From the NCBI RefSeq assembly GCF_006345805.1, contig NC_042997.1:102052001-102116000 (forward strand): a DNA stretch of 64,000 nt, given 5' to 3'. Source of the DNA: Octopus sinensis (taxonomy: Eukaryota). Positions 52,853-64,000 of the stretch are shown here, one piece after another; positions within the stretch are counted from its first letter, which is position 1, and every line of letters begins with the position of its first letter. The notes under the pieces were generated by a model. It had not been told where the DNA came from. It saw only the letters and a list, made by a program, of their open reading frames with translations, and did no database searches. The position numbers were made by a program, and so were the translations under genes.

Positions 52853-54210
52853 CATTGACCTCATGCTGCAAGCCACTGTCCAGGTTTGGTGATGGACAAT
52901 AGTTGTGTAGATCGTTATAAAAGCTAATTGACAAACCTGAAAAGAAAGGAAAATGTCAGGTCTATTTATCAAGGATGGAACCTGAGAGTAGCTGATTTGC
53001 TAATGTACTGTACCACTTAATTTGTGTTAAACTGAATCCAACAAACTGCTTTAACATCATCACCTGGCCTTTGGGTGTCTTAAATGAAGTTTGCTCTACT
53101 GCAAATATTCAGGCCACATCTTGGAGGTGACTTTCACCTCCCCAACTCACCCAACTTCAAAAGGATGATGGCCACCTGCCCCTCCTAAGTCTTAGAAAAA
53201 ATGAGATTGAGAAGCCTGAACTATGAAGTAGTTTGTTCATATGAATCAGAATGTCACTGCAAAGTGTGAATTACACACTTACTATCAGTGACATTAAACC
53301 AAAAGATGCATGGAGATATTACAGTGAGTAGCAGAAACATGACACTGTGTAACATGATTTTTTTTTCCTTGGGTAGCAACTATTATTTCCTATTTGCTTA
53401 CCCCTAGAATGTATGAAAAATGGATAATATTTCTTTCAAACTTTGCTTTTGTTACATTTATTCAAACTTCGAAGAATCGTTCTCAACACTACTCCACTAT
53501 GATCAGAGATGCACGTATCATTACCCACTAAGAGACATGCTCAAGTGGTTATGGTCAGACAACTCATAAGCAAATCTGTGGTATTGAGCAGAATATTCAC
53601 TAATATGAGATTCTGCATCAGCAACTTGGCCCTGAACCTGTCTGAAATGTAATGGAAAATAGGTCAGTTTCAAAATATTAATGTCCAAGTCACAAAAGCA
53701 AAGTTTGAAGGGAATGGTAGTCATTTCCTTTGATTTCTAGATAGTAGCAAATAGGAAATAGTACTTACTAACCAAACACACACACAAAAAAATTATTTTG
53801 TTACACAATGTAATAGATAAAGGTGGAATAGTTAAGAGAAAAGGACCACGATTAAGGTCAAATCCAGCATGGTTAGCAAGGCTATAAAGCAAGGACAGTA
53901 ACAGGTCTATCAGAAACTGTTGCTGAGATGTTGAAAACATTAGGCCACAAATAATTCCCATAGTCAAATAAATCTTATGCTGATGAGGAAGAGAAGTTTA
54001 ATGTTTTCAAACAAAGGGCATGGCTATGTGGTTAAGAAGTTCACTTTGCAATCAGGTACTTTCAGGTTCAATTCCATTGCACTGCACCTTGAGCAAGTGT
54101 CTTCTACTATAGCCTCAGGTTGACCAGTACCTTGTAAATGAATTTGGAAGGCAGAAACTGCGTGGAAGCCCATCATGTATGTATGTGTGTATGTATGTAT
54201 GTATTTATAA

Positions 54211-54245
<35 letters not shown>

Positions 54246-57200
54246 AGATGATGAGGATGATAATGATGAAATTAAGGCATTCTTTATATTTAATGATAGA
54301 TAAAACATCTCATTTAAGAACAAATACTCTAAAATTCAATAAAACAGTTCAAAATTTGATGATGTATTCTTATTAATTTATAAGCTTTTATATAAGCTTC
54401 TTAGATGTAATATAAATAAATATCCTACTTAAAACTCTGCAATCAAAATTTAGATTGAAATGTATATAAAATCATGTTCATTTAGATTTTTATTATAAAT
54501 ATTCACTGAAAAGAAGAGAAAAATGTGAGATGAAAACGGTAGTAAAAAATAAGGAAAATGTTACTGTAATATGATAGATTGCTACTACTGAGATATGAAT
54601 CTATTGCTATAAAATTATCAGAATGAGAACTACTATAAAATAGGTGTATGTTCCATAGTAATTTGAGCTCTGCTTTTTTTTGTATTATGTAATAGCTATT
54701 TCTAAAGAGTGGATAGAAACTGATGATGGTCTATTTGTTCAGTAGAAATGGATTTCAAATTTTGGCATAAGGCTAGCAAGTTCAGGGGTGTGGGTACGTC
54801 ACTTACATCAACCGAAATGCTCAACTGGTACTTATTTTATCAACCCCAAAAGGATTAAAGTTAAAGCTGCCCTCGGTGGAATTTGAACTCACAACATAGA
54901 GACAGATGAAATGCTGCTCAGCATTTTGCCTGGTGAGATAACAATTTTGCCAGCTCACTGCCTTAGTTGTGCAATAGATATTAAAAGTGTTTTGTAATAA
55001 TATTCAGCATTATTATATATATATGATGTTAGGAAGGGCATCCAGCCATAAAAAAAACCAAACCAAAACAGACAATGAAGCATGGTGCAGTCTTCTGCCT
55101 AGCCAGCTCCTCTCAAACCATCTAACCCACACCAGCATGAAAAGCAGACGTTAAATGATGATGATGATGATATTGTGACTAAGATGATGATGATGATGAT
55201 GATGATATTGTGACTAATTTTTAAATTAGCTCCTTCAAGTTAATCAAAATGAACATTTTACGCAATTCTACAGAAAATTCAGTCTAACTTATTTTTCTTT
55301 TGACAAATATCTTCTATAACTGAGCTTTATCACTACCTTAAACATTGAAAGCATCATTTTATCATATTTGTCTGCATACTGGATTCTTTTGAACTCTCTA
55401 CAAATTATATTGCACTCACTGACTTTGTTATAAATATCTGTATCATAATATTAAAATAACATTTATCCATTCACCAGATCATTCTTCTATTTCCAGGCAT
55501 TAATTTTCTGTGGCTTTAGATAATCTCTGAAAACATATTACTCCAGAATTGTATTTGCTTTCCTGAAATTGTTAATCTTATTTAATATCTCACAATCTAT
55601 ATTCTTTCATTTTTCCTTCACATGAACCAATACATTCTATGAAGGTTACAAAACACAACCATCTTTTCTGCATACACCAGTTAATGCTTTTGATGTCAGT
55701 TATTATAGGCTAAGTTAATTTCTCTTCAATCCCATGTCATAAAACACTTGCTATGTTTCAGTAGCATCATACTTCTTACAGATGTCTGATATAATTTGTC
55801 TTCATTAAAAAAATAAAAGAACTTGGTTGCTAACTAACAGAGGTAGTTTTCTACTAAACATTTATAATTCCACTTAAAACGTAGCCATTATTCTATGAAT
55901 CATTCTTTTCTTGTTCCTGTTAGGCAAAATAACATGATCGATCTATTTTCAGACAGTTAAATCTTTAGACATTCAATCTATAGTAACTGCTATTTTTAGC
56001 TCTTACAAGTTTATGAGTTTTGTGGATACTCTTACGAACTGGTGTTAGACAATGGCAATTTGAATTTTATATCTTTTAAATACAAACTTTCCTTCCAAAT
56101 TTCAGTGCTAGAGTTGATTTTCCAATGTGAAATGAATCCCCCTCCCCCTCCCCCTCCCCCTCCCCCCTCCTCCTCCTCATCATCATCATCATCATCACCA
56201 CCACCACCACCACCACTACTACCATCACCATAACCATCACCATCATCATTTAATGTCTGTTTTCCATGCTGGCATTGGTTGGACTGTTTGACAGAAGCTG
56301 GTGCACCAAAGGACTGCATTAAGCTCCATTGCTTGCTTTTTCCACAGCTGAAGTAGATATTGGAGCCTGGCAATTCTGAAAACCAGGACAAGAAGAGAAC
56401 CATTGTAAACATTTACTTTTACCTAAAGTTCTATTTTAGAGCTCTCATAAAAAAAGAAAGAAATAACACTTGTCTTGAGACATCTTCTCACAGCTGGCCT
56501 TTCTGTTGACCACATGGCTACAAAGATCAGATGCTTATCAAAATATTTTCTGTGTTAAGAAATGCAACTAAAAGGTGTTTTGTAATTTTTTTTTTTTTTG
56601 CCAAATATTTCAGAGTATTTGCACTTGTAGAAATCTATCATCCTTATCATGTGAACACACTATTACAAAAACACAAGATTAATAATAAATTTCACCCTTC
56701 ATCATCACATATTGATGGTACTAGCCCCATTGAAAGATGAAGGCTAGTCTCCAGTAATTTTGATACAGGCTTGCTCTGTTAATATAGTCCTTTCTACTAA
56801 AGGCACAAGGCCTGAAATCTGGGAGAGGGGACTAGTTGATTACATCAACCCCAACGTTTCACTGGTACTTAATTTACTGACCTCGAAAGGATGAAAGGTA
56901 GAGCCAACCATTGTAGAATTTGAACTCAGAAGATTGCGATGGGCGAAATACTGTTAAGCATTTCGTCCAGCTTGCCACCTTGCTCTATTAATATTATAAA
57001 CAAAGTTTTGTTTCCAACAATTTATCAAGACATTACATTCTTATTATTAGTACATGTGAAGAAATCTATTAAGAGTGTCTTTATATTCCAAGTATGCCAT
57101 CATTTATTCTTAACAGGTTGTTATGGAAACTTATTTCCTATTCACTTAAACCTAAGCTGTGAACATGCAATAAATGCTGTTTATTGGCCTCTTTTCAACA

Positions 57201-57974
57201 TTAGTATAGGCTGCATTGCGTAAAAACAGAACATAACAAAACTTATCAACAGAACAAGAATGGACGGACATACACACACACACCCACACACACACAAACA
57301 CACACACACAAACACACAAACACACACACACATGCATACCTATACATACACACATATATTTCTGAATCAAAGATCAAAATGATAAAGAAATCTAAAGAGG
57401 ACTTTATATGAGTTAAATATAACTGAGAGTAAATGTATGTCTGTAAGGGCAATTATGTAAATGCAATGTAATTAAAACTTTATGAGACATAAACATGCTA
57501 TTTAGATAATTGGCCAAATAATTGAGGAGTTATCCATAAATTGAAAGGGGAAGAGAGAGAGAAAGAGGGGGAGAGAGAAAGACAGAGAGAGAGAGAGATA
57601 AAGAGAGGGATAGAAAGAGAAGACAAATCATACTTTCTAAGATTTGGATTTTTAAAATGTAACCATCAAACTGTTTAGTCTTAACTGATTTTCTCTTTTT
57701 GACAGGGATTTTTCTAACTATTTTCATGACAGCCTTGGAAATAATGGGGGGAAACCTTTTATGAAAAGACATTTTTCAAAATTTATGATTCTCAAATGGA
57801 CTGATTTTGTTGTCCTACAAAACATAAAAACGATGGGAGAAGCCATTTCAGTTAAAAAGAAAAATCTAATATTTTTAGGCAAAAAAAGGTCTGTGATTTA
57901 AGGGAGATTTAGCTGTTATCTCCAGCAAATTCCACAATCACTAGGTACCTTTCTCAGAATTGCATGTATGTCAC

Positions 57975-59217
57975 CATCATCCTCATCATCATGCTAGTAT
58001 GGGTTGGACAGTTTGACTGAGGGCTCGTAAGCCAGAAGGCTGCACCAGGCTCTAATCTGACCTGGCAAAGTTTCTACAGCTGGATACCCTTCCTAATGCC
58101 AACCACTCTGAGAGTGTAGTGGATGCTTTTTACATACCATGAGGGCCAGTCAGGAGGTACTGGCATTGACCATGCTTGAATGGTGCTTTTTATGTGCCAC
58201 TAGCATGGGTGCCGATCAGGCAGTACTGTCATCAGCCATGACAATGGCTTTACTTGCCTCAACAGGTCTTCACAAGTGCAGTTTATTGCCCAATGATTGA
58301 AGAGTACTCTTAAATGGGCCGGTTATGCTGCACTGGCATAGGCCACGGTTATGGTCTTACTTGGCTTGCCTGATCTTCTGAAGCACAACATATCTCCAAA
58401 GGTCTCAGTCACTTGTCATCACCTTCGTGAAGCCCACTGTTTGAAGATCGTGCTTCACCACCCTATCCCAGGTCTTCCTGAGTCTACCTCTTCCACAGTT
58501 TCCCTCTATTGCTAAGGTGTGACACTTTTTCACATAGCTGTTCTCATCCATACACAACACATGATCATACCAATGCAATTGTCTCTCTTGCACACCACAT
58601 CGAATGCTTCTTATGTCCAACTTTTCTCTCAGTGTGCTTACACTCTGCTATGTATGCACACTGACATTACACATCCAGTGGAGCATACTAGCGTCATTCC
58701 TTGCAAGCTTATGCATGTTCTCAGCAGTCACAGCCCATGTATCACTGTTATGTAACATGGCTGTTTGCGCAAATGCATCATACAGTCTACCTTTTACTCT
58801 GAGCAAGAGGCCCTTTGTCACCAGCAGAGGTAGGAGCTCTCTGAACTTTGCCCTAGCTATTCTTATTCTAGCAGCTACACTCTCAGAGCAGCTACCCACC
58901 GCTACTGACTTGGTCACCTAGGTAAAAGAAGCTATAAACTACTTGTAGTTTTCCCCCCTGGCATGTGAAGGAAGCTGTTTTCTGCATGTTTTCAGTGTTT
59001 ATTGTTCCTGAGCATTTGCCACACACAAAAACTATCTTCCCAGTTAGCCTTCCTTTGATATTGCTGCACCTCTTATGTGTCCATAGCTTATACCAGCTAC
59101 ATCTTATAAAGTTTCTACCTACACCTTTTCTACAGATTGAGCAGGGCCATCTACCTGAAAGGATTTGTGATTTGTCTGCCTTCCTACTTATCAAGACTTT
59201 AATTTTTGCTTGATTGA

Positions 59218-59220
<3 letters not shown>
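57975..59220 (-). mobile_element. 5'-truncated RTE-clade LINE with 3' UTR and (GAT)n tail
   Basis: GRWPCSICRKGVGRN...FFYLGDQVSSGG; SESVAARIRIARAKFRELLPLL..KGRLY; LHWYDHVLCMDE...RGRLRKTWDRVVKHDL; same family as 18362-18845. Confidence 0.92.
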
Positions 59221-59250
<30 letters not shown>

Positions 59251-59253
<3 letters not shown>

Positions 59254-59626
59254 TTGCGTCAAAAATTAATTAGCACTTCTCAAATTTCTACATTAAATAG
59301 GTTAAATCAATTAACCTATGAGCTGTTCAAAACGTTTTACGCGATGAGAAAACTTAGTATGGTGTGATTTCGGTCCTTGCGAGGCGCTACCTATATCTAT
59401 TAAACAAAGGAAGTTTGTCTGCATCCGCACTCCAAGTTGTTGTTGCACTGCTATGTCAACATCATAAGGCTGTAGACTCTCAAACTGCTCTGCAAACAAA
59501 GTTACGTCATCGTTCTGCGCAACAGTGAACTTGCAACAAAGCAATAGTTCGAGATATGGCCACTAGGTGACAGCACATACCTTGAGTGAAGAGCAAATCA
59601 AGGGTGCTAATTAATTTCTGACGGTA

Positions 59627-59629
<3 letters not shown>
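59251..59629. mobile_element. Tc1-like MITE, 379 bp, inserted in a (TA)n tract
   Basis: TIRs cacttgcgtcaaaaattaattagcac vs reverse complement of the right end cactaccgtcagaaattaattagcac (3 mismatches in 26 nt); (TA)n on both sides. Confidence 0.8.
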
Positions 59630-59657
<28 letters not shown>

Positions 59658-62024
59658 AGTAAATATATATATACACAGCTAACTTTTTTCAGTACCACTC
59701 TACCAAATCCATTCACAAGGGAATTGTCAGCTCAGGGCTATTGTAGAAGTCGTTTACACAAGATGCTATTCAAGAACTGAACCTGAAGCCATGTGGTTGG
59801 GAAGTAAAATTCTTACCACACAGCCATTTTTTACTACACCCTATTGATAAAAAAAAAATATATATTGACAATCTCAAAAAGAAAAGCAAAAGATGCAAGT
59901 ATGAAAATGGAAGCAATATATTACCAATTTTGCGATCAAAACAAGAATAATCTAATAATACATGGCATAGTTTCCATAAATGAGATCATATAATGACACT
60001 TGGAAATAAACAAAGTACATACAGAAACCAATCTATATTTATAAAATTGCATGCTAATGTATTATAAGTGAGCGATATGTTTGTGAATGCAGTGAGTGAG
60101 GACGTTTTTGAGAAGATATTCCTCAATGAACTCATTCACATCCTTTTGTAAGGCGGGTAGGATGGGGTGTAAATGCTTTACAGTTTAGATGTGATGTAAG
60201 CGGAAAGGTTTGGTGCCATTTAAGCAGAAAAATATTACATAAATATTTATATTAACATGTATATAAATATAAACAAGCTAACATTTGTTTTTTTGTAAGC
60301 GTTGAAATATGTATTGTATTGCACAATACACATTTTAATGCTTCTAATAAAAATAAATGTTAGTTTGGAGAAATTCCAACTATATTTCATGATTTGCTAT
60401 CTCAACAGTTCCATTATAGGATCCAGTGACTTAAGACATGATCAAGAGGAGTAGGGGGCAAGGTAGGCACTGCATACATTTCCTACCTAGATCGCACATC
60501 CCTGATATATATATATATATATATATAATCATTATTATCATTTAACATCTGCTTTCCATGCAGGCATGGGTTGGATGGTTTAACAGGAGCTGATAAAGCT
60601 TGGAACTGTACCAGGCTCCATTGTCTATTTTGGCATGGTCTCTACAAATGGATGCCCTTCCTAATGCCAACCATTTTACAGAATGTACTAGGTGCTTTTT
60701 TTACATGGCACTAGCACCAGTGCTTTTTATGTAGCACCAGTACCAGTACATTTTACATGGTACTAGCACCAACAGGGTCACCAAGTAACTTGCATGACAA
60801 AACTCTCTCAGCTATGAGGTAGGAGTAATAATGGGTGGGGTGATGATTTTGTGCAAGCTGATGAAAGATTAATGGTATAGAGGAACAGGGATAGGTGTCT
60901 TACTGTGGAGTAGATACATGAATACTCCAGTTGGAAAAGAAAAAAGAGTGAGTTAGAGAGTAAGATAAAGAGAGTGGGTGAATCAGAGAGTAAAATAGAG
61001 AGAGCAATAGCGAGAGAGATGGTGGTGACAATGTGTCAGGGACATGCCCTCAAAGGACATTGGGATGGGGAGAATAGAGCAGGATAGAGGTGACCTTGGC
61101 AATGATGGAGTGAAATATAGGAAAGACTCAGGGTGGGAGCTGCAGTAGAAATGTGAGAGCATTGAGGGTGATAGTAGATAGGTGAGATGTTAACAACACT
61201 GGGGAGAGAAGGCACAGAAATATATACAGCTACAGGAGAGAAATAGGCACAGATGTGGTTATAGATGTAGGCATGGTTGAGTAGATGTGATAGATGAACC
61301 TGAAAGAAACTAATCATACCATCACCATCATCATCATTGTTTAACATCCTCCTCCCATGTTGGCATAGGTTGGACAGTTTGACAGGAGCTGGCCAGGAGC
61401 CTGTGCCATACTTCTGAGTGTGTTTTGGCATTGTTTTCATGGCTGGATGCCCTTCCTTACACCAACCACTCTGTAGAGTGGGCTGAGTCCTTTTATATGG
61501 CAGTCGCACAAGCAAGGTCAGTTTTGGCATTGTTTTTTTACAGCTGGTTGCCTTTCCAAATGCCAACCATTTGAGAGAGAGAGAGGGGGGAGAGAGGAAG
61601 GGAGAGAGAGAGAGAAAAGGAGGGAGAGAGAGAGGCAGAGACAGAGACAGACTGACAGACAGAAAAATAGACAGATAGACAGAGAGTGAGCACATGCACA
61701 GACAGGCAACAAAAAAATTTTATTCCAGACATTTTTGCTCCCTAACCAGCAACTGTTGTCTATGATTGAATGACAAGTCATGTTTCAGCAAGTTGTCTTG
61801 CATTCAAGTGGCCTAGGCCATTGAATCTGTCATAGTAGTAGCAAATAGCTGAAGGCTCCTAATAGTTACAAACATTCAGCTGTCATGCAATTTTCAGGCT
61901 ATATACATACTACATGTTGTGGTCACTTTAATTTAGCTTTTCAATATTTTAGTAAATCTGACTGTTTGCAACTGTTTTATACTGTTGTAACATTTATACT
62001 TTATAAACACACACACGCACACAC

Positions 62025-62066
<42 letters not shown>

Positions 62067-62536
62067 ACACACACAAATGAGGGTTCTCAGAAAAAGTGGT
62101 CAACCAGCAAACACGCACATTACAAATACAAGCTGCAAGTAGAACAGTAAAAGTATGCAAGACTTTACCCAGGTTCAAAATGGAGTATTGCTTTTGTTAT
62201 CTACCAGCTCAAATAATTGAAAAGAGAAGAGAGCATACATTCATTTATACATCATCATCTTCATCATCATCTTACATGCAGGTGATACGTAAAAAGCACC
62301 ATTGACCATTGCCGATACCAGTACTGCCTGACTGGCCCTTATTCTGGCAGCACGTGAAAGCACCCACTACACTCTAGGAGTGGTTGGTGTTAGGAAGGGC
62401 ATCCAGATGTAGAAACTTTGCCAGATCAGCCTCGAGACTGGTGCAGTCTTCTGGGTCGCCAGCCCTCAGTCAAACTGTGTCCAACCCATGCCAGCATGGA
62501 AAGCAGACGTTAAAGGATGGTGATGATGATATATAC

Positions 62537-62587
<51 letters not shown>

Positions 62588-62588
<1 letters not shown>

Positions 62589-62875
62589 GAGGCGCAATGG
62601 CCCAGTGGTTAGGGCAGCGGACTCGCAGTCGTAGGATCGCAGGCGTTGTGAGTGTTTATTGAGCGAAAACACCTAAAAGCTCCACGACGCTCTGGCAGGG
62701 GGGGGGGGTGATCCCTGCTGTACTCTTTCACCACTCTTTCTCCCACTCTTTCTTTGTTGGCCTGCTTGCTTAGCCAGTGGGGTGGCGTCATTCAAAGGCT
62801 AAAATAATGTGAACGCATTGTGACCAGCGATGTGTAAAAACATCTGATGGTCTGGTCGGTCACGTGATCACGTGG
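62588..62875 (+). mobile_element. tRNA-derived SINE sharing its head with 40425-40804 but with a different 3' body
   Basis: Identical start ggaggcgcaatggcccagtggttagggcagcggactcgc; the B-box segment is deleted; sequence diverges after ctctttcaccac. Confidence 0.8.
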
Positions 62876-62915
62876 TATATATATATATATATTCACTCAT
62901 TATATTATATTATAT

Positions 62916-62952
<37 letters not shown>

Positions 62953-64000
62953 ACTGACTCCATTCCTCTCTTCAATAAATGGCCTTATGTTAAACAAAAA
63001 ATTAATATCTGAGTTGTTGATTCCTGGTGAAATATGAACTCTAAATGTGAGGTTACACACTCTAAACATCTAATCTTACTCTTGAAAAAAAGCATCAGCA
63101 ATTGTTTCTCATAGTAGAATGAAGCATGGCAATTTGGAAAAGGAATAAAAAGTAACAATTTTTCACGTATATGCCATTCCCAATGGCATACATGGTGACT
63201 GTGTGAAATGAAATAATTGGAATTGAGGAATGAAACTAAGATTACAAACTTTTGCTGAGTGTTTATCATTTGAAATAACAGTGATTTGTGAGTTTCTTGA
63301 CATTGCCAGTGGACATTAATTATACCAATGAAATTTCAGTCTTTATTTTCTTTTTATCTCACTTTTGTTGCTAGCTGCTTTAACACACTGTATGTAACTT
63401 GTCATTAATTTACATTAACATCTGTAATTGATAGTTACTTGGTTACTGTTCGCTACACCAAATCGTCTGCACATAATTATTTATGCATGAGAATAATCAA
63501 AGTTAATAATTGAATCTGTTTCTCTTATCAGAATGTTGTATATTTAAATGAAACTATTAATGAGGCAAAATCTCCAATCAAATAATGCACAAGACTACTG
63601 GCTCATATGTCATGGGTCCTTATACAGCAAGAAGCCTTTAATTATCACTTGCTAAGACAATTTTACATACCCATTTTATTGACATGGTAAATACAAACTT
63701 GGTTTTTGTTGGAAAGATACCTGCAATTGACTAGTAATCTCTCACAGGAGACAATTATCTTTCATCCACATAAAGCCAAAAAAATCTTGTGTAATAGAGA
63801 CAGGCATGGACAAATAGTGAAGACATTTACTATGCAGTCATTTAATCCCAGATTTTATACCATTATGCAGCATACTATGAAAGTGTCTTATACTCTAGCT
63901 GACGAAGTGAAATAAAGAAGATGAATACTGTGTAGAAGTCCATTAGATGAATTGTACTTGTAATTCAAAGAACCAGCCTTGTCACTCAGTGTCACAGCTG

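Noticed and set aside
56032-56412. Poly-G/D/E ORF and the opposite-strand poly-P/S ORF
   Set aside because: Built from an RTE-tail fragment plus a simple-repeat tract
62588-62660. tRNA genes (also the heads at 40730-40804 and 41560-41631)
   Set aside because: They are tRNA-like SINE heads continuing into SINE bodies; no complete cloverleaf

Overview
AT-rich, repeat-saturated eukaryotic DNA. The tRNA-derived SINE families, RTE LINE tails, mariners and very dense (TA)/(CA)/(TACA)/(CAT) microsatellites point to a coleoid cephalopod, most likely Octopus (inference, no search run). One protein-coding gene is reconstructable: a minus-strand SLC6/NSS neurotransmitter:sodium symporter-family gene. 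Nine consecutive GT-AG exons (27955 down to 1170; 1470 nt, 490 codons, one open frame, all phases compatible) encode the N-terminus through TM9. The start-codon exon was not located, and the TM10-12 exons probably lie before position 1. The protein is strongly atypical: many Na+/substrate/gate residues of TM1, TM6 and TM8 are replaced, and several replacements are one A-to-I edit away from the family consensus. The rest is a transposon landscape: two near-full-length dead mariners, a DD37D/maT fragment, two TA-flanked MITEs, two non-autonomous Helitrons, three RTE LINE relics, many modular SINEs, and a Penelope-like GIY-YIG relic ending in a candidate type I hammerhead ribozyme with an intact catalytic core. 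There is also a perfect 152-bp spacerless palindrome. Most ORFs in the supplied track are microsatellite or repeat artefacts.
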